Numbered from the stretch's first letter, positions 30,312-39,877 are shown. The stretch is DNA of 64,000 nt from Terrimicrobiaceae bacterium (GCA_041752695.1 JBGSVZ010000043.1:41045-105044); one strand, 5' to 3'. Numbers and translations are program-made. The notes: generated by a model from the sequence alone, not told the origin.

Positions 30312-31937
30312 AGCCACGAAACGCTGCGCGATGGGCATGCGTCGACCAATACCGAAGGCCCGCCCCGTGACTTTGATGCCGGGTGCGGCCTGCTCGCGCT
30401 TGTATTCGTTGAGGTCGACCCTGCGGACGATCCAGCGAACGGTTTCGGCGTCGAATCCGCGGGCGATGATGTCCGCACCGGAGAGATTTTCCTCCACGTA
30501 GAGAGCGAGAATTTCGTCCAGCAAATCGTAGGGTGGAAGAGTGTCCTGGTCTTTTTGGTCGGGGCGCAGTTCGGCACTGGGCGGTTTGGTGAGGGTGCTT
30601 TCCGGAATGATTTCGTGGTCGCGATTGAGGTAACGCGAGAGGCGGTAAACCATGGTTTTTGGCACATCGGAAATGACGGCCAACCCGCCGCACATGTCGC
30701 CGTACAGTGTGCAATAGCCAACCGCCAGTTCGCTTTTGTTTCCGGTCGTGAGGAGGATGCTGCCAAGTTTGTTGGAGAGCGCCATGAGGGTCATGCCGCG
30801 CAGACGCGCCTGCATATTTTCTTCGGTCGCATCCTCGGCCCGGCCGACAAAGGCGGGTGCCATCTGCGCCCGGAAGGTTTCAAAAGCCTCTTGAATCGGA
30901 ATCTTCAAATACCGGATCCCCAGATTGACCGCGAGGCTTTCGGCGTCGGCCACGCTGTGCGCGGAAGAAAATTGCGTCGGCATGGCCACGCCGGTGACGT
31001 TTTCCTTCCCCACGGCATCGGCCGCGAGGCAGGCCACCAGGGCGGAGTCGATACCGCCACTCAGGCCGAGGACGCAGGTTTTGAATCCGCATTTGGCCAT
31101 GTAATCGCGCAGACCGAGAACAAGGGCGGCATGGAGATCGCCGCACTCTGTGCGGAGTGAAGGTGAGAGTGAAGGGGAAGAGGGGGAGACGCAGGCGGTT
31201 TCTTCGGCAAAGGACGCGCCTTGCCAGTTGAGGCGACCGTCGGCCGCGATGGCGAGCGAGTTCCCATCAAAAACGAGTTGGTCATTACCGCCCACGGAAT
31301 TGCAGTAATAAAATGGGACGCCGTATTTTTCCGCCAAGGCCTGGATCATGCTGAGGCGCTGCGCCGGCTTGCCGAGTTGAAAAGGCGAGGCGCTGAGGTT
31401 GAGGATGGCGGTGGCGCCAGCGGCAGCCAGCACTGCCACGGGGTCGCAGGTGTAAAGGGGGCGGGGGAGAGACTCGCGCGTCCAGATGTCCTCGCAGATG
31501 GTCACCCCGATACTCCGTTCTTTGATAACGACCGGAGCCACCGCGGTGGCAGGTTCAAAATATCGCGCTTCGTCGAATACGTCATAGGTCGGCAGCAGGG
31601 ACTTGTGGACGATCTGCGGTTCCTGCCCCGCTTCCAGCACGGCGGCGGCGTTATGAAAATGTCGTCCATTGTCCGAGCGGTTGGCGTCGATAAAACCCAC
31701 CACCAGCGCGGCGGAACGAAGCTCAGACCGGAGACAGTCGAGCGCGGCCAGATTTTCCGGCAAAAACCGGGATTTGAAAAGCAGGTCCTGCGGCGGGTAA
31801 CCGGTGATCGCCAGTTCGGGCGTGAGCACGATGTCGGCTCCCGCGGCGTCAAGTTCCTGATACGCGGCGAGGATCCGGGCGCAATTCCCGGCGAAATCTC
31901 CGACGGTGGTGTTGATCTGTGCGAAGCCGATTTTCAT
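30309..31937 (-). CDS. nadE: Glutamine-dependent NAD+ synthetase
   Basis: Nitrilase domain (PELAITGYPP, K..LPTYDVFDE, ICEDIW) plus LGLSGGIDS, ENMQARLR, TGNKSE and PPSAELRPDQKD. Confidence 0.95.
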   Translation of the reverse strand: MKIGFAQINTTVGDFAGNCARILAAYQELDAAGADIVLTPELAITGYPPQDLLFKSRFLPENLAALDCLRSELRSAALVVGFIDANRSDNGRHFHNAAAVLEAGQEPQIVHKSLLPTYDVFDEARYFEPATAVAPVVIKERSIGVTICEDIWTRESLPRPLYTCDPVAVLAAAGATAILNLSASPFQLGKPAQRLSMIQALAEKYGVPFYYCNSVGGNDQLVFDGNSLAIAADGRLNWQGASFAEETACVSPSSPSLSPSLRTECGDLHAALVLGLRDYMAKCGFKTCVLGLSGGIDSALVACLAADAVGKENVTGVAMPTQFSSAHSVADAESLAVNLGIRYLKIPIQEAFETFRAQMAPAFVGRAEDATEENMQARLRGMTLMALSNKLGSILLTTGNKSELAVGYCTLYGDMCGGLAVISDVPKTMVYRLSRYLNRDHEIIPESTLTKPPSAELRPDQKDQDTLPPYDLLDEILALYVEENLSGADIIARGFDAETVRWIVRRVDLNEYKREQAAPGIKVTGRAFGIGRRMPIAQRFVA

Positions 31938-31938
31938 C

Positions 31939-32625
31939 CTACCAGAATCCCCATTGTTTCGTCGCCATGATGTAAAAACCCAGCCCGAGATTTGTCACGG
32001 CATGCGCCAGCACACAGGCCCACAGGCTCTTGGTTTTCACCGCGATGCCGTTAAAAATGATCCCGGTGAGAAAAGCGCCGATGTAATCGGATGGGGCATG
32101 GACGAGCGTGAAAAGCACCGCCACAGCGAAGAAGGAGAACGGCCGGTAGGCTCCGAACGCGACAGAATGGAACCGTTCGTTGATGAGGTAGCGCATGAGG
32201 AATCCCCGCCAGAAAATTTCCTCCAGCAGCGGAACCACGATCACCAGTCGGGCAAAGCGCGCGACCACCGTGAGCCAGTAGAGCATCGGGGACTCCAGAA
32301 ACACCTCGGGGTTAAATCCCTTGTTGCGCGCGGCAGCTCCAAAAAGCTCCTGCGGGCTCAACCAGATGGCGAGCGCGAGGAGCCCACCGGCCACGCCCCA
32401 GAGCCATGGCCCCAGCGGAGTGAAGGTATATTCCTTCCAAAAATAGACGAGCAGCCCGGCACAGAACATGGCTTGGAGCGGAAACAGCCAATATTTTGGC
32501 ACCGCCAGAAGCAGGATGCCTGAGGTTTCAAAAAGCGAGGCGATGACGCCATCCAGAGCAAGGAAGCCCAGGAAAGCGAAAAACGGTAGAGTGTAGGCCA
32601 GAAACTGGCGACGCGAAGAATCCAC
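31939..32625 (-). CDS. CAAX prenyl protease-related (CPBP/Abi) membrane metalloprotease
   Basis: VVPLLEEIFWRGFL, F..VH and AHAVTN motifs; multiple TM segments. Confidence 0.87.
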   Translation of the reverse strand: MDSSRRQFLAYTLPFFAFLGFLALDGVIASLFETSGILLLAVPKYWLFPLQAMFCAGLLVYFWKEYTFTPLGPWLWGVAGGLLALAIWLSPQELFGAAARNKGFNPEVFLESPMLYWLTVVARFARLVIVVPLLEEIFWRGFLMRYLINERFHSVAFGAYRPFSFFAVAVLFTLVHAPSDYIGAFLTGIIFNGIAVKTKSLWACVLAHAVTNLGLGFYIMATKQWGFW

Positions 32626-32707
32626 GCCTTGATCCTACGGGAAAACCCAGGCCCGGCGAAACACTTTTGCTTTTCCCTTCGGGGGGTTGCTTGCTAGCGT
32701 GCGCGCC

Positions 32708-33157
32708 GTGTCGAATAACCCGGTGTACTCACTCTTCGCGACTCCAGGCAGCTTCGCGCCCTTTTTTCTCCGTCTGGCGGTGGCCACGATTTTCTTTTTT
32801 CACGGCGCGCAAAAAGCTTTCGGGTGGTTCGGCGGCGAGGGGTGGCACTCGACCATTGCTTCCTGGAGTTCCCCGGACGGACCCGCTCTGCCCGCTGCTG
32901 TCACGGTCGCCTTGATCGTCGCCCAGCTGATGGTGCCCGTCGGGCTCGTCCTCGGTTTTCTCACCCGTCCGGCGGCGCTGGTGGTGGTGGTGATCATGGC
33001 GGGCGAACTCTACTACGTCTCCGGGGGCACCACATTCGATGCCGTCCAGCTTCCTTTGATGATTCTCTCCGCCGCACTCGCCCTGCTCTTTATTGGCGGC
33101 GGACATCTCTCCGTCGATCGCAGCATCGGAAAAAATCTTCTCCCCTACGTCGGGTAG
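32708..33157 (+). CDS. DoxX family membrane protein
   Basis: LR..A.IFFFHGAQK.FGWFGG.G, G.LTRPAA and GGGHLSVD. Confidence 0.88.
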   Translation: MSNNPVYSLFATPGSFAPFFLRLAVATIFFFHGAQKAFGWFGGEGWHSTIASWSSPDGPALPAAVTVALIVAQLMVPVGLVLGFLTRPAALVVVVIMAGELYYVSGGTTFDAVQLPLMILSAALALLFIGGGHLSVDRSIGKNLLPYVG

Positions 33158-33209
33158 ATCGAAATACCGTTGACGAAAGGCGCCTTCCCCGCAATATTTT
33201 CAGAACCAC

Positions 33210-33280
33210 GCGGGTATAGCTTAGTGGTAAAGTTCCTGCCTTCCAAGCAGGCCATGAGGGTTCGATTCCCTCTACCCGCT
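33210..33280 (+). tRNA. tRNA-Gly (anticodon TCC), CCA not encoded
   Basis: Acceptor stem GCGGGTA/TACCCGC, D-loop TAGTGGTA, anticodon arm CCTGC-CTTCCAA-GCAGG, T-arm GAGGG-TTCGATT-CCCTC. Confidence 0.97.
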
Positions 33281-33407
33281 GGTTTTTTTGTGCCCAAAAA
33301 TAATTGAGGAGATTCTGATTCTCCCATTCTCGGATAAAAAAGGCCGGACAGTTTTTTAACTCGTCCAATTCTCTGGCGTAAATGGGAATTTGCGTTCTAG
33401 TGGCCGA

Positions 33408-34430
33408 CTATGCCGATGCACGAATCACCAGCTTTGGCTGGACGACAATTGTGCGCTGATTAGTGGCGATGCGGCGGTCTGCGGCGACATCGAGTAAAAG
33501 ACGAAGCGCTCCGGCGGCGTAGTCGTCGTGAGAGGGGTCGATGGTCGTCAGCGCGGGGGAAATGACGCTGGCAATATCGAGATTGTCATAGCCAATTACG
33601 GCCACATCTTCGGGAATTCGTTTTCCGGCTGCCTGAAGTTTGAGCATAAAGCGCGTTGCCCAGATGTCGTTGGAGGCAATGATGGAGTCCGCCCGGCACT
33701 TTCTCACCATAAAATCGATCCCGTTGTCCAGAATGGCGGGCGAGGGGGTAATTGTTTTTGCTCCCGCATCCCAGACAATCCCTTTGCAGGCATGGAGGGA
33801 CAACCTTTGCAGAAAGGCGTTCCGTCGCCGCTCCATAAGTTCGTCGCCCGCACAATTCCAAAGTGCGAGCGCCGGATTCCGTTTGCCCCCCGCGACTAGG
33901 TGATCCACACAAGCGTCGATGGCGGCTTCCGTGTCAACGCGCACGCAATACCCTCCTTTCCAGGCTGGGCGGGCGTGAAACACGACCTTGCGGAACCCGT
34001 GAAAACATTCCCTCACCCGCGCATCCCGGCCCGGTACCAAATCGAAGAGACAAAGCACCGCCTCCACCGCCCGACCGGTAAAATCGGCCGCGTATTCCTG
34101 CAAGGCCTCCACCTGCCCGTGGGTTTGTCCGACCAGGAGTCGATACCCTTGCCGGCTGGCTGCGCTCTCCAGGGCAAACAGGCGCTGGCTCATCACCGCA
34201 ACATTCTGCGTATCCAGAATGACTCCAATGGTTTTGCTGGAAACCCCGCGTAGCTGTTGCGCCTGGCGATTCGGGGTGTAGCGCAATTGGCTCGCCGCCG
34301 CTTCTATCCGCCGGCTGGTCGCTTCCGACACCCGTACCTGCTCACCCCCAGTGCCCAGCAGGACGCGGGCCACGGCGGATCGGGATACACCAGCCTCGCG
34401 TGCGATGTCGGATAAAGTGGCTCGCTTCAT
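33408..34430 (-). CDS. LacI-family transcriptional regulator
   Basis: ATLSDIAREAGVSRSAVARVL HTH, YTPNRQAQQL hinge and IPEDVAVIGYDN..PALTTID. Confidence 0.93.
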   Translation of the reverse strand: MKRATLSDIAREAGVSRSAVARVLLGTGGEQVRVSEATSRRIEAAASQLRYTPNRQAQQLRGVSSKTIGVILDTQNVAVMSQRLFALESAASRQGYRLLVGQTHGQVEALQEYAADFTGRAVEAVLCLFDLVPGRDARVRECFHGFRKVVFHARPAWKGGYCVRVDTEAAIDACVDHLVAGGKRNPALALWNCAGDELMERRRNAFLQRLSLHACKGIVWDAGAKTITPSPAILDNGIDFMVRKCRADSIIASNDIWATRFMLKLQAAGKRIPEDVAVIGYDNLDIASVISPALTTIDPSHDDYAAGALRLLLDVAADRRIATNQRTIVVQPKLVIRASA

Positions 34431-34492
34431 GAATTCCAAAGATCGGCATGCTGCCCAATCATGACGCGGCGCGAAAGGGTGGATCGTTGACG

Positions 34493-34537
34493 TTGACAGA
34501 ATTCTTCATCCGGAACTATGATGTTACGAAACATCAT
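34493..34537 (+). promoter_or_regulatory. Promoter TTGACA-N18-TATGAT overlapped by a palindromic LacI-type operator ATGATGTTACGAAACATCAT
   Basis: Near-perfect 20-bp palindrome with central CG (34518-34537) between divergent lacI and nagB-like genes. Confidence 0.7.
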
Positions 34538-34540
34538 CCT

Positions 34541-35290
34541 ATGCAAATTACCACTTCTCCTTCTCGTGAATCCAATGGCCTCGCTGCGGCGGCCTTTGGT
34601 GCCAACCTCCTGCGTGCCACCCTGGCAGAGCGCGGTGAGGCGAACGTGATTGTGGCCACCGGGGCCTCGCAATTTGAAATGCTCGAAGCCCTGCTCCGCG
34701 AAAGCGGCATTGCCTGGGAGAAGGTGACGCTTTTTCATCTCGACGAATACGTCGGGGTGCCTGTGGCGCATCCGGCCTCGTTTCGCAAATATCTTTGGGA
34801 GCGCTTCCAAAGCAAATTGCCGGTGCCCGTCCGCGCTTTCCATTACGTTGCCGGCGACGGAGATGCGGGGGCGGAATGTGAGCGACTGGGCGCGCTAATC
34901 GTGCAGCACCCGATTGACCTTTGTTTTGCCGGTATTGGGGAAAATGCGCACCTTGCGTTTAACGATCCTCCCGCGGATTTCGAAACAGAAAGACCCTATC
35001 TCGTGGTGAATCTCGACGAGGATTGCCGGCGGCAGCAATTTGGAGAGGGATGGTTCGCGACACTGGAAGAGGTCCCACGTCAGGCCATTTCGATGTCGAT
35101 CCAGCAAATTCTCAAATCCCGCCACATTGTCATTACAGCGCCTGACGAACGCAAAGCCAAGGCTGTGCGGGACAGCCTGCAGGGCCCTGTGACAAATTTG
35201 GTCCCGTCCTCGATCCTGCAGGAACATCCGGCGACTCACATCTTCCTCGATCCGGCCTCAGCCTCCCTGCTTCGCGCTGCGACCGTCTGA
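34541..35290 (+). CDS. nagB: Glucosamine-6-phosphate deaminase / isomerase family protein (NagB-like)
   Basis: [36 protein letters not shown] and PSSILQ.H. Confidence 0.8.
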   Translation: MQITTSPSRESNGLAAAAFGANLLRATLAERGEANVIVATGASQFEMLEALLRESGIAWEKVTLFHLDEYVGVPVAHPASFRKYLWERFQSKLPVPVRAFHYVAGDGDAGAECERLGALIVQHPIDLCFAGIGENAHLAFNDPPADFETERPYLVVNLDEDCRRQQFGEGWFATLEEVPRQAISMSIQQILKSRHIVITAPDERKAKAVRDSLQGPVTNLVPSSILQEHPATHIFLDPASASLLRAATV

Positions 35291-35302
35291 TCAGGACCAG
35301 CC

Positions 35303-36214
35303 ATGGGCTTTTTTGACATTCAGGTCAACGGGTATGGCGGTGTGGATTTTAATCAGGACGATCTGACGGCGGAGGACTTGCAAGCCTGCTGTCGTCGGCT
35401 ACGCGACGATGGCGTGGACGGCATCCTCGCCACGATCATCACGGAAGCCCCGGAAAAAATGATTGGGCGTCTCGCCCGTCTCGTGACTCTGCGGGAGAAC
35501 AACCCTCTCGCCACAGAAATGATCGCCGGTTTCCATGTGGAGGGTCCCTTCCTCAGCCCCAAGGACGGCTATCGGGGCGCCCATCCCCTGGATGCGATTT
35601 GTCCTGCCAGTCGGGACCTTGCGCTTCAGTTGATCGAAGCGGGCAGTGGACTGGTGCGAATTGTCACGCTCGCTCCGGAACAGGATCCGGGTAATCGCGT
35701 TACACGATGGCTCGCCGACGAAGGTGTGGTGGTGGCGGCTGGGCATACAGATGCGAGCCTGGATCAACTGCGTTCGGCGATCGATTGTGGCCTCAGCATG
35801 ATGACCCACCTGGGCAATGGCTGCCCGATGGTGGTGCCCCGTCACGACAACATCATCCAGCGTGCGCTCTTTCTTCGGGAACACCTCTGGCTGAGTTTTA
35901 TCGCCGACGGAGTGCATATTCCCTATCCGACGTTGCGCAACTACCTTGATCTTGCGGGAGAAAAAGCCCTCGTCACGACCGACGCGATGGCTGCCGCCGG
36001 ACTCGGCCCGGGCAGGCATCGCATCAGTCGCTGGATCATTCTGGTGAAGGAAGATCTTGCAGCGTGGGCTCCCGATGGCTCGCACCTTGTTGGTTCGGCC
36101 ATGGCCATGAACCGCGTGGCGCGGAATCTTGTGGAGAAGGTCGGCTTGCGTGAAGAGGTGGTGAGAGCGCTGACGGACGAAAGGCCGCGGTTAGCGCTTG
36201 GGCTTTTGTCCTAG
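35303..36214 (+). CDS. nagA: N-acetylglucosamine-6-phosphate deacetylase family protein
   Basis: FDIQVNGYGGVDF, HVEGPFLS, GAHP, GHT, THLGN, IADGVH and TDAM. Confidence 0.85.
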   Translation: MGFFDIQVNGYGGVDFNQDDLTAEDLQACCRRLRDDGVDGILATIITEAPEKMIGRLARLVTLRENNPLATEMIAGFHVEGPFLSPKDGYRGAHPLDAICPASRDLALQLIEAGSGLVRIVTLAPEQDPGNRVTRWLADEGVVVAAGHTDASLDQLRSAIDCGLSMMTHLGNGCPMVVPRHDNIIQRALFLREHLWLSFIADGVHIPYPTLRNYLDLAGEKALVTTDAMAAAGLGPGRHRISRWIILVKEDLAAWAPDGSHLVGSAMAMNRVARNLVEKVGLREEVVRALTDERPRLALGLLS

Positions 36215-36252
36215 ACATTTCCGCCGGGCATCCCCGTTTCGCGGGAAAGCGA

Positions 36253-36284
36253 AACGGCCAGTCGCTGTGAAGCGACTGGCCGTT
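36253..36284. terminator. Perfect 14-bp hairpin between convergent genes (probable terminator)
   Basis: AACGGCCAGTCGCT-GTGA-AGCGACTGGCCGTT; no long U-tract. Confidence 0.6.
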
Positions 36285-36327
36285 GGCTTGATTGTTCTGA
36301 ATCACCAATCCCGCGGAGCGGAGAATC

Positions 36328-37737
36328 TTACCTCGCTCGGCGGCGAATCACCATCATCACGGTCAATCCTCCTGCGAGCAATGTCCACGCGGCCGGCTCC
36401 GGCACGGCTTTCAAGACGAGATCGTTGCCCCCGGCCATGGAACCCGACGAAACGTCGCCGACGTAGCTAATTTGGAATTGCTGACCACTCAGGGTGAACA
36501 CCGCGTCCTGCACGAGGCTGGTTGTGACGCCATTCAACTCTTCAAAGACACCGCTGATGGCGCTGCTGCCTTGGTTGTCTACGAGGAAAAAGAGAGTATC
36601 CGCGGCGGGAGCGTAGGTGAGGGAAAGGACCAGGTTATTGGTCCCGGTGAGAGAAAACACCGAAGCGCCGCCCGACATCAGGATCTGGTCGTATTGCGAG
36701 GCCACGGTCGCACCGGTCAGTTCAAATCCCGCTGCACCGCCGGCCGCGATGGTCACGGAGTTGGTGACGGTAAGGCGACCTGGGGAAGTTCCTGGCGCAA
36801 TCTGTCCACCGGAATTCACGGTAACAGCTCCGCCGATCGTTCCTGAGCCAGCGAGTATGCCTGTGCCGCCCACGGCCACAGCGGTGTTGCCGAGAGAGCC
36901 TGCGATCAGGAGGGTTCCCGCCGTCACAGAAGTCGCGCCAGTGTAGGAGTTTGAGCCGGAGAGGGTGAGGGTGCTGATGCCGGATTTGGTGAGCTGGACC
37001 GTGCCGGCGCCATTGATGATTGTTCCGGCGTAGGAGCCATCAACCGTGCCAGACACGCTGAGGTGCCCTGTTGTGCTGGCTTTGTTCGCTTGGATGGTTC
37101 CCGTGGCCCCACTGAGGCGATTTACAGTTATCAGATTAGTCGTTCCGCTGTTGGTGCCATTCGCTCCTGAACCGGCGGTGAGGTTCACTGTTCCACCGCT
37201 CATCGCCAAGGAGCCTAGATTGACCGTGCCCCCGCTCGAAAAGTTCACGAACTCCAGTGTGCTGCTGACTGCGGTAGTCCCGGAGACTGAAACACCACCG
37301 ATTTCACTATTTACGCCTGTGTTCCCTCGAGAACCGAACAGCACTTGACTGGCGACCGTCATGTTGCCCTGCACTGTCAAAGCGCCAGCGTTTCGAAAGG
37401 TGAGGGTCCCTGCACCAGCCTGAGTGGTAAGATTGCCCGTGTTGCCAGCAGAGTTCGTTATTGTCAGATTGTCGGGATTCATCGAGACGATCACGTTTGA
37501 TGTTCGGGTCATGGTGAACTCGCCGATCGTTCGATTGCTGCCCAAACTGGGCGAACCGCTCGTTCCCGCATCCGACCAAAGGACACTTTGACTCGACGAA
37601 GGCAGTGCACCCGAGCTCCAATTGGAAGTAGTGCCCCAGCTTCCGGTTGTTCCGATCCAGGTGACCGTTTGACCAATTGAAGAGGCCAGGCAGCCAGCAA
37701 ATGCTATGGTGAGGAGAATTCCGGTTTTGAGTTTCAT
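36328..37737 (-). CDS. PEP-CTERM surface protein with autotransporter-associated beta-strand repeat
   Basis: Signal peptide, S/T/G-rich body, LTKSGISTLTLSGSNSYTGATSVTAGTL, C-terminal VPEP-TM-RRRAR. Confidence 0.92.
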   Translation of the reverse strand: MKLKTGILLTIAFAGCLASSIGQTVTWIGTTGSWGTTSNWSSGALPSSSQSVLWSDAGTSGSPSLGSNRTIGEFTMTRTSNVIVSMNPDNLTITNSAGNTGNLTTQAGAGTLTFRNAGALTVQGNMTVASQVLFGSRGNTGVNSEIGGVSVSGTTAVSSTLEFVNFSSGGTVNLGSLAMSGGTVNLTAGSGANGTNSGTTNLITVNRLSGATGTIQANKASTTGHLSVSGTVDGSYAGTIINGAGTVQLTKSGISTLTLSGSNSYTGATSVTAGTLLIAGSLGNTAVAVGGTGILAGSGTIGGAVTVNSGGQIAPGTSPGRLTVTNSVTIAAGGAAGFELTGATVASQYDQILMSGGASVFSLTGTNNLVLSLTYAPAADTLFFLVDNQGSSAISGVFEELNGVTTSLVQDAVFTLSGQQFQISYVGDVSSGSMAGGNDLVLKAVPEPAAWTLLAGGLTVMMVIRRRAR

Positions 37738-37767
37738 AAAAAGTGGTGGTTTTGCGAGGGGTGTCGT

Positions 37768-37785
37768 TAATTCCTCAGTGAATTC
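37768..37785. promoter_or_regulatory. Degenerate copy of the AAATACACCGGTGTATTT operator, upstream of the PEP-CTERM gene
   Basis: TAATTCCTCAGTGAATTC, next to a minus-strand TTGACA at 37794-37799. Confidence 0.4.
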
Positions 37786-37902
37786 AAGCGGATTGTCAAC
37801 GATTTATCCAGTTGTGCGGTATAATAGTCCATTGGTGCCCAGTGAGTAGCACGTTATATGCCACCTTTTCCTAAAAGCGGGCGTCAGCAATACTTGACGG
37901 AA

Positions 37903-37920
37903 AAATACACCGAGGCATTA
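37903..37920. promoter_or_regulatory. Operator copy upstream of PIG-L deacetylase 1
   Basis: AAATACACCGAGGCATTA immediately after TTGACG (37894-37899). Confidence 0.6.
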
Positions 37921-37932
37921 TGGCCTAGGATT

Positions 37933-38802
37933 ATGGATAGCGAACTACAACGTCTGGTGATGGCAGTGGGTGCTCACGCAGACGATCTGGAGGTGAGTGT
38001 GGGGGGCACCTTGTTGAAATACCGAGATCTTGGGTATGACGTTCTGTACGTGATGGCGACAAACAACATGTCGGGTGTGACGGTTCTTAAAGAGTCGGAT
38101 GATTCATTCCGGCGAGTCCGCGAGGCTCCACGGGAACATATGGCCCGCCGGAAGCGGGAATGCGCCTCAGCGGCTGCGGTCTTGGGAACGGAGGCGGTCC
38201 ATCTCGACCACCCGCAACGCCACCACAATACCGGGAATGGCAACGAAATCGCCGAAGTTCGCTATGGAAGCTTGCTTCCCGAAGGGGTGGCGCAAAACGT
38301 CCCCTCCATTCTGACGGCCTGTGAGGACAAGGGGGCGATCGGGCGCCTAGCCGATTTGATTTTGGAGCGGGATCCGGAGATTATTCTGACACACGGGGTG
38401 GCTCAGAGAAACATTGAGCACTTCGCGACCTGTCTTCTTGTCACAAACGCGTTTTGGAGCGCCGTCGAGCGTGGTTATGCGGGGGGCTTGCTGCATTGGC
38501 GGGAGGCTATGACCCTGCACGGCGACTATAACACCCGCTGGGAGACGCATGTGAAATGCGATGGCTACCTGGATGCAAAGATGGCTCTCATCGGAAAACA
38601 CGCCTGTCAGATGCCCACCGCCCACCTCCCGACCCACGGGCATCGGCAACTGTCCGATTGGCGGGGAAAATTGGCAGGGTGCGAAACCGCGGAATTTTTC
38701 ACCTGGGTGAGGCGGCCAGCCCGGGCTTCGACCAAAATCACCGGAAGTTACGCCCCGCTTTATGGGGAACTCACCATGGAGTTGCTCCAAAATACCCAAT
38801 GA
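37933..38802 (+). CDS. PIG-L/LmbE family deacetylase
   Basis: VGAHADDLE..GGTL, R..E...AA..LG, PEIILTH, EHFAT and K..LI..HACQ. Confidence 0.85.
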   Translation: MDSELQRLVMAVGAHADDLEVSVGGTLLKYRDLGYDVLYVMATNNMSGVTVLKESDDSFRRVREAPREHMARRKRECASAAAVLGTEAVHLDHPQRHHNTGNGNEIAEVRYGSLLPEGVAQNVPSILTACEDKGAIGRLADLILERDPEIILTHGVAQRNIEHFATCLLVTNAFWSAVERGYAGGLLHWREAMTLHGDYNTRWETHVKCDGYLDAKMALIGKHACQMPTAHLPTHGHRQLSDWRGKLAGCETAEFFTWVRRPARASTKITGSYAPLYGELTMELLQNTQ

Positions 38803-39830
38803 GCGCGGCGGCTGCGGCGGCCGGTCTTGCTTCTGACCAATTGATGTCGGGCCTTGAGCTTCTTCCGGAACTAGGGTTTTCCATAGAAGTGATCAAGCAG
38901 CTTAGAGCTGCGGCAGCGGAGCCGCCCGGGTTGCTGGAGACAGCCTTAGACGTGGTTGAGGCGCTTCCGTCGGCCGTGCGGCACCACGCCGATCTGGGGA
39001 TTCCGTTTGACGTGACCGCCAGGACACTGCGCGACTTGGATCGACGCATCCACGAGTATCATGAACGGCATGGGGTGTGGGGTTTTGACCGCCAAAAATG
39101 GATGCAGAACCATCTGCAGGGGGCGCTTTTTGAAATAGGCCGGCTGCAATATGTTCCGGGTCGCTGGAGGGAAAGTTTTGATCTTTATCGGGGACAAGAA
39201 CCTCAAGGCGTTTGGGCCGTGGCGGATGCCGGTCTTTGGTGTGACGGGGCGGGTAGACCGACTTGCGAGAATGGCGACTTTCGGACGATCAAGGAGGAAT
39301 GCGAAGGGGGTGTTTGTGGTCATCTGGCCGAACCTTATACTGGCCTGGTGTCGCGCTATCCCGTAAGTTTGCCGCAGTGGACGCGCGCGGCTGGCAAAGG
39401 AGATACCGTGTTGCAGGTCCATATTCCGTCTGGGCCGAATTTCACGCCGGAGGCCTGCGCGGAGTCACTGCGCGAGGCGAGACAGTTTTTTCAGCGCCAT
39501 TTCCCCGAGAAATCCTTCAGGGCGATAAGTTGCCGTACCTGGCTGCTGGACCCCGCGCTCCGGGGGATCCTGCCGAAAGATTCCAATATTTCTCAGTTCA
39601 GCCGTCTCTTTCGTCCGCTGGTCGTCGCTGGGGCTGATGACGCGCAGCATATTGAGAGGATCTTTGGGCTCGGTGCAGACTGGAAAAACTTAAAACCTCA
39701 TACCCGCTTACAAAAGGCGGCGAAGGATTTCCTGATGCAGGGCGGTCGATTTCACCTATCGTCGGGATTTCTGCTTTGGGATGACCCATGGTTTACGGGA
39801 AATACCCCGTTGTATCAAAATGTTCACTGA
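38799..39830 (+). CDS. N-acyltransferase (NAT_N/GNAT_C, DUF5596-like)
   Basis: TLRDL, EIGRLQY, LQVHIPSG, SCRTWLLDP.L..ILP..SNI..F and TRLQKA; ATGA overlap with the upstream gene. Confidence 0.75.
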   Translation: MSAAAAAAGLASDQLMSGLELLPELGFSIEVIKQLRAAAAEPPGLLETALDVVEALPSAVRHHADLGIPFDVTARTLRDLDRRIHEYHERHGVWGFDRQKWMQNHLQGALFEIGRLQYVPGRWRESFDLYRGQEPQGVWAVADAGLWCDGAGRPTCENGDFRTIKEECEGGVCGHLAEPYTGLVSRYPVSLPQWTRAAGKGDTVLQVHIPSGPNFTPEACAESLREARQFFQRHFPEKSFRAISCRTWLLDPALRGILPKDSNISQFSRLFRPLVVAGADDAQHIERIFGLGADWKNLKPHTRLQKAAKDFLMQGGRFHLSSGFLLWDDPWFTGNTPLYQNVH

Positions 39831-39877
39831 TGGACGAAAAGACACAGTAGGCATTGGCAAAAACCGTGTATGATGGG

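Noticed and set aside
33281..33407. Integrase or att site after tRNA-Gly
   Set aside because: No recombinase ORF and no duplicate of the tRNA 3' end seen in the window.
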